From contig OZ242358.1 of the NCBI GenBank assembly GCA_965208835.1, forward strand, positions 1,792,001 to 1,856,000: 64,000 bases of DNA. Reading direction: 5' to 3'. Every line of letters starts with the position of its first letter. Within the stretch, counting starts at the first letter, position 1. A model generated the notes under the pieces. That model made no database searches. It was not told where the DNA came from and saw only the letters and a list, made by a program, of their open reading frames with translations. Source of the DNA: Candidatus Latescibacterota bacterium. GTDB taxonomy: Bacteria > Latescibacterota > UBA2968 > GCA-2709665. The position numbers and the translations under genes are program-made. This document shows positions 1 to 9,095 of this stretch, in pieces.

Positions 1-1223
1 CGGATACGCCGCGTCGGTCCGGCTGGATCCGGCGGCATCCGAAGGCGCTTCTCCCCGTTGCGGTCGTCGCGTTTGGGGCGCTGAGCGCCTACGTACTCAT
101 CAGCGCACGCTCCGAAGTCGTGGTGGCCCCGCCTGAAGTACCGCCTCCTCTGGTACGGGCGATGCCGGTTGAAATAAAAGACGTACAACTCAAGGTTCTT
201 GCCCAGGGCACCGCCGCGCCGCGCACCAGGACCAGCCTCGTATCACAGGTCGCCGGACAGATCATCTCGGTCTCTCCTGCCTTCGCGAACGGCGGCTTCT
301 TCAAGGCAGGGGACGTACTGGTCACAATCGACCCGCGCGACTACGAACTCGCGGTGGACCGCGCGAGGGCGGTGGTGGCCCAGGCCGAGGTGCGACTGGC
401 GCGGGAGGAGGAAGAGGCAGAACTGGCCATGCAGGAATGGCAGCGCCTGGGCAACGGTGAAGCCACCGACCTGGCCCTCCGGAAGCCTCAGCTGGAAGAC
501 GCCCGCGCCGCCCTGCAGGCAGCGCGCGCATCCCAGGAACAGGCCCGGCTCGCGCTCGAACGGACCCGCATCCGCGCGCCGTACGAGGGGCGGGTACTGT
601 CCAAGATCGTGGACCTCGGACAATTCGTCAATCCCGGCGCTCCGGTCGCCCGCATCTACGCCGTGGACTACGCCGAAATCCGGTTGCCCGTACCGCACGA
701 GCAACTCGCCTATCTGGACCTGGTCTACAACGCTCGAAGCGAACTCGAGCCTGCTTCCCGCCCGAAAGCCCTGGTGCATGCGGTTTTCGCGGGAGCGCCG
801 CAGACCTGGGAGGGAGAAATCGTACGGATTGAAGGGGAAATCGACGCCCGCACGCGGATGGTCAATCTGGTCGCGCGCGCCGTCGCGCCGTACGACCAGG
901 ACGACGACCCGGGCCGCGCGCCGCTCTTCGCGGGGCTGTTTGTCGAGGTTGAAATCCTCGGTCGCGTCGCCAGGGACGTCGCTGTCGTGCCACGAACGGC
1001 CCTCAGGGACACCGATCAGGTCCTTGTCATCGACGAGGACAGCAGACTGCGTTTTCGTCGCGTCGATCTGTTGAGGCTCGAAGCGGAGAACGCCCTCATC
1101 CGTTCCGGCCTCGACGGAGGCGAGCGGGTTTGTATTTCCACGCTGGACGCCGTTGTGGAGGGGATGCAGGTACGTATTCTCGCGCCGGAGAACACGGTCC
1201 CGTCTGAAGGAGGCGCCGGATGA
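1..1223 (+). CDS. RND efflux periplasmic adaptor (MFP), 5'-partial
   Basis: Frame is open back to the window edge (hydrophobic anchor ALLPVAVVAFGALSAYVLI). Lipoyl/hairpin MFP motifs (QVAGQI...GDVLVTIDPRDY, TRIRAPYEG). Overlaps the RND permease start (ATGA). Confidence 0.92.
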   Translation, partial: DTPRRSGWIRRHPKALLPVAVVAFGALSAYVLISARSEVVVAPPEVPPPLVRAMPVEIKDVQLKVLAQGTAAPRTRTSLVSQVAGQIISVSPAFANGGFFKAGDVLVTIDPRDYELAVDRARAVVAQAEVRLAREEEEAELAMQEWQRLGNGEATDLALRKPQLEDARAALQAARASQEQARLALERTRIRAPYEGRVLSKIVDLGQFVNPGAPVARIYAVDYAEIRLPVPHEQLAYLDLVYNARSELEPASRPKALVHAVFAGAPQTWEGEIVRIEGEIDARTRMVNLVARAVAPYDQDDDPGRAPLFAGLFVEVEILGRVARDVAVVPRTALRDTDQVLVIDEDSRLRFRRVDLLRLEAENALIRSGLDGGERVCISTLDAVVEGMQVRILAPENTVPSEGGAG

Positions 1224-4200
1224 ATCGCGCTATCGCCTGGTTCGCCGAAAACAGCGTCGCCGCGAATCTGCTCATGGTCGTCATCCTGGCAAGCGGGCTG
1301 ATTACCATCGGCGGCATCGAACTTGAGATCTTTCCGGAGTTTTCCGCTGACGTCGTTCAGGTCTCCGTCGTTTACCGCGGCGCGGCGCCCGAGGAGGTGG
1401 AAGAGGGCGTTTGCGTGCGGGTCGAAGAGGCCGTTCAGAGCATCGAAGGCATCAAACGCATCCGCTCGACGGCATCGGAAAACCGGGGCAGCGTGAATAT
1501 CGAGCTTATACCCGGCACCGATGCGCGCAGAGTCCTGGAGGACGTCAAGTCAGCCGTCGATGCAATTGACACGTTCCCGGACGAAACCGAACAACCGGTC
1601 ATCCAGGAAGTGGTCCTGCGCCGCCAGGTGATCAATGTGGCCGTATCGGGCGACGCCGACGAGACCACCCTGAAGTACCTGGGCGAACAGGTCCGGGACG
1701 AGATCACCGCCATCCCGGGAATAACCCAGGCGGAATTGAGCGGCGCGCGTCCGTACGAGGTCTCCATTGAAGTCTCGGAAGCGGCGCTTCGTCGTTTCAA
1801 CCTCACTTTCGACGAAGTCGTGAGGGCGGTGCGCCGTTCCTCGCTCGATCTGCCCGGCGGCGCCATCAAGACGGAAGGCGGCGAAATCCTTCTGCGGACA
1901 AAAGGACAGGCCTACCGGGGCGCGGCCTTCGAGAGTATCATCTTACGTACCCGTCCCGACGGCGCCGCACTCACCGTAGGGGACGTGGCCACGGTTGTGG
2001 ACGGATTCGCCGACGCGGACATTTCGGGCAGGTTCGACCAGGAACCGGGCGTTCTGGTGCAGGTCTTCCGTGTGGGTGAACAGGACGCGCTGGACATCTC
2101 CCGCAAAGTCAAGGAGTACATCGAGTCGGCGGAATCCCGCATGCCCGAAGGCATTTCACTTACCGTCTACTCGGATTTCTCCAGGATCCTCGAGGGCCGG
2201 CTCAACCTGATGCTGAAGAACGGACGCGGGGGTTTCATCCTCGTCCTCGTCATCCTGGCGCTGTTCCTCAGGCTCCGCCTGGCCTTCTGGATCGCCCTGG
2301 GCATCCCCATCTCCTTTCTCGGCGCGATCGCGATGATGCCGACCATCGGCGCCTCCATCAACCTGATCTCGCTGTTTGCGTTCATCGTGGTGCTCGGTAT
2401 CGTTGTCGACGACGCCATTGTCGTCGGTGAAAATATTTACAGGAGGTTCCAGCAGGGTGAGCGCGGCCTGCGCGGCGCCATCGCGGGCGCCCAGGAAGTG
2501 GCCGTGCCGGTCACCTTTGCGATACTCACGTCAATCGCCGCGTTTTCGCCGCTGCTGATGGTCCCCGGCACCTCCGGCAAGATTATGAGGCTGATTCCGG
2601 AAATCGTCATTCTGACGCTGGTCTTTTCGCTGGTTGAATCCCTGTTCATCCTGCCCGCCCACCTGGCGCACGCCAGACTGAAAGCCAGAAAGAAAACAAC
2701 CAGCCGCATCGGCGGGTTGTTGAGACGGTTTCGAGACGGTTTCTCATCCCGCCTGGAGTGGATCATCCACCAGGCCTACCGTCCTCTACTCGATCGATGC
2801 CTGGCGTGGCGATACCTGAGCGCGTCCGTGGGGGTGGCAGCACTGACCCTTACGGCCGGGCTCATTCTCGGCGGCTGGATCGGCTTCGTGTTTCTGCCCC
2901 AGGTCCCGGCCGACAACGTAGCGGCGATCCTGACCATGCCTCAGGGCACGCCCGCCGAGGTAACCGCCGGGGTCGTGCGCCGGCTGGAGTCATCCGCGAT
3001 ACGGCTGCAGCAGGAACTGGAATCGGAAACAGACGAGAGAGTCTTCACGCATATGCTTGCGCTGGTCGGGGACCAGCCCCTTCGCGCGGCCCAACGCGAG
3101 AACCGCGGACGGAACGCATCCTATTCAGGCGCGCATCTCGGTGAAGTCAACATCGAGCTCACGCCGGCCGAGGAGCGGAGCATCAGCAGCATCGAAATCG
3201 CCAGACGCTGGCGCGAACTCGCCGGACCCATTCCCGATGCCACGGAACTGACGTTCGCCTCTTCGCTCTTTTCCGTGGGCGAACCGATCAATATCCAGCT
3301 TACCGGGCCGGACTACGCCGAACTTCGCATCGCCGCGGAGAAACTCAAGAGCAAGTTGTCCGAGTATCCGGGCGTCCTGGACATCGCCGACTCGTTTCGC
3401 CCCGGGAAGAAGGAAGTGAAACTTGCCCTGACCGAGGAGGCGCACCTGCTCGGCCTGACCGTGTCCGATCTGGCGCGACAGGTCAGACAGGCGTTCTACG
3501 GCGAGGAGGCGCAGCGTATCCAGCGGGGAAGGGACGACGTCAGGGTGATGGTCCGCTATCCCGAGAGCGAGCGACGGTCGATGAACAACCTGGAGACCAT
3601 GCGTTTGCGCACGCCGGAGGGCGTCGAGGTGCCCTTTTCCGTGGCCGCGCGGACAGAGCTGGGACGGGGATACGCCGCCATCCGCCGCACCGATCGGCAG
3701 CGGATCGTCAGCGTTACCGCGGACGTCGACGAGGGCCGTGCCAACGCCAACGAGGTCCTGGCGGACGTCACCGCAAACGTGCTGCCGGCAATCGTCTCGG
3801 ACCACCCCCGCGTCCGGTTCAGCCTCGAAGGCGAACAGAGAGAGCAGCAGGAGACCATGGAGGGCCTTTCGAGGAGCTTCGGCATGGCCCTCTTCGTGAT
3901 CTTCGGCCTGCTCGCGATTCCCTTCCGCTCCTATCTTCAGCCGCTCATCATCATGGCTGTAATCCCCTTTGGATTCGTCGGCGCCGTGATGGGGCACATC
4001 ATCATGGGCCTCAATCTCACCATTTTGTCGGTCTTCGGGCTGGTGGCGCTATCCGGTGTGGTGATCAACGACAGCCTGGTGATGGTGGACTTCATCAACC
4101 GCCGGCGCAAGGAGGGCAAGGGCCTGCAGGAGGCCATCCGGGAGTCCGGAATGGCGCGTTTCCGGCCCATCCTCCTCACGTCCCTGACGACGTTTGCGGG

Positions 4201-4420
4201 CCTCACCCCCCTGCTGTTCGAAAAAAGCCTGCAGGCGCAATTGCTCATCCCCATGGCGACCTCACTGGGATTCGGCGTCATCTTCGGCACCGCAGTCATT
4301 CTGATTCTCGTTCCCGTCACCTACGCCATCCTGGAAGACATCAGGCACGGCGTCAGCACGCTGTTCCGCCGTCAGCCGGCCGACCGGCGGGACGTCGCGC
4401 CCGAAACGGGGGATGACTGA
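1220..4420 (+). CDS. RND efflux permease, AcrB/AcrD/AcrF family
   Basis: 1066 aa with two large periplasmic loops and the motifs GIVVDDAIVVGEN and RFRPILLTSLTT. Confidence 0.95.
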   Translation: MNRAIAWFAENSVAANLLMVVILASGLITIGGIELEIFPEFSADVVQVSVVYRGAAPEEVEEGVCVRVEEAVQSIEGIKRIRSTASENRGSVNIELIPGTDARRVLEDVKSAVDAIDTFPDETEQPVIQEVVLRRQVINVAVSGDADETTLKYLGEQVRDEITAIPGITQAELSGARPYEVSIEVSEAALRRFNLTFDEVVRAVRRSSLDLPGGAIKTEGGEILLRTKGQAYRGAAFESIILRTRPDGAALTVGDVATVVDGFADADISGRFDQEPGVLVQVFRVGEQDALDISRKVKEYIESAESRMPEGISLTVYSDFSRILEGRLNLMLKNGRGGFILVLVILALFLRLRLAFWIALGIPISFLGAIAMMPTIGASINLISLFAFIVVLGIVVDDAIVVGENIYRRFQQGERGLRGAIAGAQEVAVPVTFAILTSIAAFSPLLMVPGTSGKIMRLIPEIVILTLVFSLVESLFILPAHLAHARLKARKKTTSRIGGLLRRFRDGFSSRLEWIIHQAYRPLLDRCLAWRYLSASVGVAALTLTAGLILGGWIGFVFLPQVPADNVAAILTMPQGTPAEVTAGVVRRLESSAIRLQQELESETDERVFTHMLALVGDQPLRAAQRENRGRNASYSGAHLGEVNIELTPAEERSISSIEIARRWRELAGPIPDATELTFASSLFSVGEPINIQLTGPDYAELRIAAEKLKSKLSEYPGVLDIADSFRPGKKEVKLALTEEAHLLGLTVSDLARQVRQAFYGEEAQRIQRGRDDVRVMVRYPESERRSMNNLETMRLRTPEGVEVPFSVAARTELGRGYAAIRRTDRQRIVSVTADVDEGRANANEVLADVTANVLPAIVSDHPRVRFSLEGEQREQQETMEGLSRSFGMALFVIFGLLAIPFRSYLQPLIIMAVIPFGFVGAVMGHIIMGLNLTILSVFGLVALSGVVINDSLVMVDFINRRRKEGKGLQEAIRESGMARFRPILLTSLTTFAGLTPLLFEKSLQAQLLIPMATSLGFGVIFGTAVILILVPVTYAILEDIRHGVSTLFRRQPADRRDVAPETGDD

Positions 4421-4477
4421 AGCGCTACTCTTCTGACACGGTGACGCCGCTTTGAGGCAGTGGTTTCCGAGCCGCTC

Positions 4478-4500
4478 CCTGAGCCTGTCGATGGGTCGAA
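4478..4500. repeat. REP-like element (CTGAGCCTGTCGA family)
   Basis: CCTGAGCCTGTCGATGGGTCGAA. Related copies near 12015-12080, 12890-12930, 38850-38980 and 42810-42860. Confidence 0.55.
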
Positions 4501-4649
4501 CATAGATCTCGGCGACGGCTGATCGTCGGTGGGGGGATTCAGCGCCCTTCCGTATGCAACCAACAACGTGAATTGACATGCATTCTGCGTTGGAGTCCTG
4601 CCGTATGGTCTGAACCGGCAATTCTACAGCGAAATCCAGTATCAGAGTG

Positions 4650-4713
4650 TTGACAATTTTGCAGTCAATTGCAAAATTGTCTTGACTTTTTTGCAGTTTA
4701 GTGCAAATTTGTC
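4650..4713 (+). promoter_or_regulatory. Tandem palindromic operator/promoter of the AAA-DUF4143 gene
   Basis: GACAATTTTGCA-N6-TGCAAAATTGTC (perfect) followed by GACTTTTTTGCA-N6-TGCAAATTTGTC. Each overlaps a TTGAC(A/T) -35-like hexamer, and the second ends 2 nt before the ATG. Confidence 0.7.
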
Positions 4714-4715
4714 AT

Positions 4716-5900
4716 ATGGCTGAACTGAGATCCAGATACCTCGAGACCGCTGCGGCCAGCGATCTGGTCGACAGGATGGTGTTCGTAGCCGGTCCACGCC
4801 AGGTGGGAAAGACAACGCTCGCTACGCTGCTGGCGAGGCGCTATTCAAACAGCGTCTATTTGAACTGGGACAATCGAAACCATCGGGAACGGATTCTGCG
4901 GCAGGAATGGGACCCCGAAAGTCAGATTCTCGTCTTCGACGAACTTCACAAATTCGATCGCTGGAAAGGACTGATCAAGGGCATCTGGGACACAAGACCG
5001 AACAATGAGCGGATCATCGTAACCGGGAGTTCGAGGCTGGACACGTACCGACGAGGCGGTGACTCACTTCTGGGTCGATACCACCTGTACCGGCTCCACC
5101 CATTCAGCGCGACCGAACTTGAAGGGGATCGGAAAAAGAGCAACGCGCCTGAACCCTTCGAATTGACAATCGGGAAAGGCCGTCCGGACAACGTCCGGCA
5201 TTTGATGGCATACGGAGGTTTCCCCGAGCCGTGCCTCTCGGGACGGTCGCGTACCCACCGCCGCTGGCTTCAGGAACGTTTCGAACGGGTCTTCAGGGAA
5301 GACATACGGGACACGACCGTCGTCAGGTCGCTCTCACAGATCGAACTTCTGGGTGCGATGATGCCTAAACGCGTCGGGTCTCCGCTCTCGTTGAACTCGG
5401 TTTCCGAAGATCTGGAAGTCAGCCCGCACACGGTTCGAAACTGGGTGGACCTGCTGTGCCGGAACTATTACACCTATCCCGTAGCTCCGTATCACCGCCG
5501 CATCGAACGGGCCGTGAAAAAATCGGCCAAATACTATCTGTGGGACTGGTCCGAGGTTGCCGACGAAGGCGCACGATTCGAAAATCTCGTCGCCTCCCAC
5601 CTCCTCAAATTCTGCCATTTCCTTCGAGATGCCGAAGGGATTAAGGCGGAACTGCGTTTACTGCGAGACCGTGAAAAGCGTGAAGTGGACTTTGTGGTTC
5701 TGCTGGATGAAAAACCGTGGTTCCTGGTTGAGTGCAAGCTGACTGCATCCCGAAACCACGGGCACCTCGTTCGTTTTGGCGATCTCCTGAACTTGAAACA
5801 GAGATATGTCGTAACGCTTTCCGAAAGAGACGACTACCAGGATCGTCATACGGGCGTCCGTGTTCTGCCTGCATCCAGGTTTCTGACGGCATTCCCGTAG
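4716..5900 (+). CDS. AAA_14 ATPase with DUF4143/PD-(D/E)xK-like C-terminus
   Basis: Walker A GPRQVGKTT, Walker B VFDE, VTGSS, GGFPEP, FENLVA, C-terminal EVDFVV...LVECK. Confidence 0.88.
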   Translation: MAELRSRYLETAAASDLVDRMVFVAGPRQVGKTTLATLLARRYSNSVYLNWDNRNHRERILRQEWDPESQILVFDELHKFDRWKGLIKGIWDTRPNNERIIVTGSSRLDTYRRGGDSLLGRYHLYRLHPFSATELEGDRKKSNAPEPFELTIGKGRPDNVRHLMAYGGFPEPCLSGRSRTHRRWLQERFERVFREDIRDTTVVRSLSQIELLGAMMPKRVGSPLSLNSVSEDLEVSPHTVRNWVDLLCRNYYTYPVAPYHRRIERAVKKSAKYYLWDWSEVADEGARFENLVASHLLKFCHFLRDAEGIKAELRLLRDREKREVDFVVLLDEKPWFLVECKLTASRNHGHLVRFGDLLNLKQRYVVTLSERDDYQDRHTGVRVLPASRFLTAFP

Positions 5901-6012
5901 ACAAACCCGAGTCGCCCGCCTGTTTCGCGAGGCGTTCGGTTACAGAAGCGACCTGACAAAGCCCCCGTCCACCTACAGGGACGTGCCGGTGATGTAGCTC
6001 GAACGCACCGAC
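5859..6012 (+). repeat. Left copy of ~150-bp imperfect direct repeat
   Basis: Aligns to 8022-8175. Holds the intact AAA 3' end and a dead copy of the SDR 3' end (CAG>TAG). Confidence 0.92.
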
Positions 6013-6504
6013 GGTGAGTTTTATTTAAGAGTCGTGGATGGGGCAATAAGGATCGAATCCTTAAATATCACAAATTACCCGAGTGGGCCCTCAGACGAGG
6101 GAGAAAGGATTCGCTCGATGAGCCTAGGTCAACCTGCCCATGCCTCATGCTGCGAAGGGTTAAATTGAAAAGAGTATCCGAGCACTGGTTGTTTCCCGAT
6201 GTGCCTTAGCATACCTTGGCACGAAAAAAGAATCCCCTGTACTCCACAAGCTAGGGGTCCTATTTTTGCATTATTAACGGGAGCATATTATAGTTTACAT
6301 CATCCTACTCTGACGTAGCCGGGCATAGATGTCAACCATTCGCCGCTCTTGGTAATTAAACGTTACCCTCAGGTCCCATTCCTGCGCCACGCCGCCCTCT
6401 AATGCTGTCAACTATTTGACGCTCCCCGTAATAATTCTCAATTTCAAATCTCGGTATGTATTATCCGTTCTGCAAGCATCAGTCCATTTAACGGGAGAAT
6501 TCCA

Positions 6505-8016
6505 ATGGCTGAACCTGAACATATCGATTTACTCCGTAGTCTAAGTGTTGCAGAGTGGAATGCTCTACGACGAAAAGACAGAAAATTCACGCCAAATTTG
6601 AGAGATGTAGATATTTCAGAATTATTAGAAAACGAAAATAACCAATTCAATGACGATACATTGCGTGAAGCCTATCTTGGACGTTTGTGCGATAAAATCA
6701 ACCTTGAAAATGTCGATCTGAGTGGTGCCGACCTTTGCAACGCGGTACTTTCCGACATTAATCTTTCAAACGCCAATCTTCGTTGTGCCGACCTCAAAGG
6801 ATGTGATTTTAGTGGAGCTATTCTCAATGGCGCAGATTTGGATTTTGCAGATATTCGTGATGCCGATTTTAGCACTACACAATTGCAAGAAGCCCATATT
6901 TCGGGAGAGGCGTCATTTTCGGATGAATTCAATAGTTCATCGGCAGTAGGTACTAATTTCAGCGGGGCCGACCTCACCAATGCAATGCTTGTAAATCGAA
7001 ATTTCGAGGGTGCTTGTTTTTCTTCGGCAAAACTCGAAGGTGCGAATTTGTATCACACACAACCGTGGAAGAGCCCTAATTTTCCTGGATGTATACCCTA
7101 TATAGGATTAGGCGAATATCCCAAAGCAGGAGTGAAAATTGAAGGTGTTCAAGATTTCATAGGAAAGTGTATTGAATTTAGGAATAATCATCCCCAATTG
7201 ATCCTATACTTTCGTGGGGAATCTCGAATATTTCCAGAATTACGACCCTCGATAATGAGAATAAAAAGCGGAAAATACCCATACCTAGAATCAGAAGCGG
7301 AGATGATAATCGACCTAATGTCAAGACGGCCAGAGGAATTTAGTAGCTTGAACTCAGCAATAGCAGATTGGGTGTTGGCCAGACACCATGGATTGCCAAC
7401 GCGCTTGCTCGATATTACTCGAAACCCCCTAGTCGCCCTCTTTCACGCATGCGAGGATAATCTTACCGAGTCAGGACAGGTTCACGTCTTTGGGGTACCT
7501 AAACGGCTGATCAAATCCTTCAACAGTGATTCAATAAGCATCGTCGCAAATTTCGCCAAACTTTCATGCAAGGAGCAAAAACAACTGCTTGGGAAGAAAA
7601 AAGAAGATCCACCCGATCATGTCGACCCCGGAGACGTGGCGATGGGTGGCAACTATCCCACAGCACTGGTCCGACTTTATCATCTAATTCGTCAAGAAAA
7701 ATCCCATTTTCAAAAAAAGATCGATCCGAGGGACTTTTTTCGAGTATTCGTTGTTGAACCACAACAATCATTTGAACGAATTCGAGTACAATCAGGAGCC
7801 TTTTTTATATCGGCGTTTCACGAGCAATTTGACCCAGATAGAATACGAGAAATGGATAATGGTGTCTCAACTTATGAACATAACGGATTCCACGTACGTT
7901 GTGGCCACAAAAGCCGCATTATTAAAGATCTGCAACTTTTAAGAATCACACCTGAGACGCTATATCCCGGCTTAGATGCTGCCTCCACAGCGATTAAAGC
8001 CCAATATACAAGGTAA
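6505..8016 (+). CDS. Pentapeptide-repeat / FRG-domain fusion protein
   Basis: N-terminal ADLxx/ANLxx repeats. FRG motifs YFRGE and ARHHGLPTRLLDITRNPLVALFHAC, then RIRVQSGAF and ETLYPGLD. AT-rich relative to flanks. Confidence 0.9.
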   Translation: MAEPEHIDLLRSLSVAEWNALRRKDRKFTPNLRDVDISELLENENNQFNDDTLREAYLGRLCDKINLENVDLSGADLCNAVLSDINLSNANLRCADLKGCDFSGAILNGADLDFADIRDADFSTTQLQEAHISGEASFSDEFNSSSAVGTNFSGADLTNAMLVNRNFEGACFSSAKLEGANLYHTQPWKSPNFPGCIPYIGLGEYPKAGVKIEGVQDFIGKCIEFRNNHPQLILYFRGESRIFPELRPSIMRIKSGKYPYLESEAEMIIDLMSRRPEEFSSLNSAIADWVLARHHGLPTRLLDITRNPLVALFHACEDNLTESGQVHVFGVPKRLIKSFNSDSISIVANFAKLSCKEQKQLLGKKKEDPPDHVDPGDVAMGGNYPTALVRLYHLIRQEKSHFQKKIDPRDFFRVFVVEPQQSFERIRVQSGAFFISAFHEQFDPDRIREMDNGVSTYEHNGFHVRCGHKSRIIKDLQLLRITPETLYPGLDAASTAIKAQYTR

Positions 8017-8021
8017 ATTCG

Positions 8022-8175
8022 CGTGTCCCCCCAGCGTCAAGATTTCTGACCGCATTCCCTTTGACAAACCCGAGTTGCCCGCATGTTTCGCGAGGCGTCC
8101 GGTTACAGAAGCGACCTGACAAAGCCCCCGTCCACCTGCAGCGACGTGCCGGTGATGTAGCTCGAACGTTCCGAC
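8022..8175 (+). repeat. Right copy of ~150-bp imperfect direct repeat
   Basis: Diverged AAA-tail copy (RVPPASRFLTAFP) plus the intact SDR 3' end. Confidence 0.92.
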
Positions 8176-8891
8176 GCCAGGAACACGACGTAATCCGACA
8201 GCTCCTCCACGGTCCCCAGCCGGCCCAGCGGAATGTCCTCAACGAGCGGCCGCATGGCTTCCTGAACGGAAATACCCCCGGTCCTGGCGGTTTCCTCGAA
8301 CTCCTCCCGCAGAAGTTCGGTATCGATAAACCCGGTGCACACATTGTTCACAAGTATCCGGTCCCGCGCGTATTCGTTCGCGAGGGTCCTGGCCGCGCCC
8401 GCAACTGCCGTCCTCAACACGTTCGATACCGTATTTCCGGCCGGCTGCTTGACCGCGAACGCGCACAGGTTGATGATCCTGCCGCCGCCCCTCGCCTGCA
8501 TCAGCGGAACGGCGCGCCTGCACATCCGGAGCACGTAGTTCAGGATCAGGTCCGTATACTCCCGCCACATCGCTTCCGTTACTTCTGCGAAAGGCATCGC
8601 GTCCGGACCTCCGGAGTTGTTCACGAGGATATCGATACCGCCAAACGCCTCCACGGTTTCCCTGGTCAGTCGATCAACGGTCTCCTCAACGGAGAGGTCT
8701 CCGACCACGGTTAGCACTTCCGATCCAGTAAGGTCCCGGATCTCCGCGGCGGCAGCCTCCAAACGACCCTCGTTCCTCGCGCACACGGCAACGCGCGCGC
8801 CTTCCCGGGCAAGCGCCATCGCGCACCCCTTCCCCAGGCCGCGGCTCGCGCCCCCGACAATCGCCACCCTGTCTTTCAGTCCCATATCCAT
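8103..8891 (-). CDS. SDR family oxidoreductase (FabG-like)
   Basis: GASRGLG nucleotide-binding motif, DILVNNSGG, ITGTSLQVDGG. GGGAGG RBS before MDMGLK. Confidence 0.9.
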   Translation of the reverse strand: MDMGLKDRVAIVGGASRGLGKGCAMALAREGARVAVCARNEGRLEAAAAEIRDLTGSEVLTVVGDLSVEETVDRLTRETVEAFGGIDILVNNSGGPDAMPFAEVTEAMWREYTDLILNYVLRMCRRAVPLMQARGGGRIINLCAFAVKQPAGNTVSNVLRTAVAGAARTLANEYARDRILVNNVCTGFIDTELLREEFEETARTGGISVQEAMRPLVEDIPLGRLGTVEELSDYVVFLASERSSYITGTSLQVDGGFVRSLL

Positions 8892-9095
8892 GCGAAAACC
8901 TCCCATTCGACAGAATTGATTTGGAACGTCCGTTTGTCCGGGCGTACGCCGCGGGCAACAGACTTGCTCATTTTGATTGACATTCGTTCGCGCCGCGCGC
9001 ATGATTGCGCTTGCGGCCGTCCGGCAGATACAGGCCCGCGGCCGGCATTTCCCCGGAGCCCGGAATCAACCCGCTAACGAACAAGAGGCAAAGGC

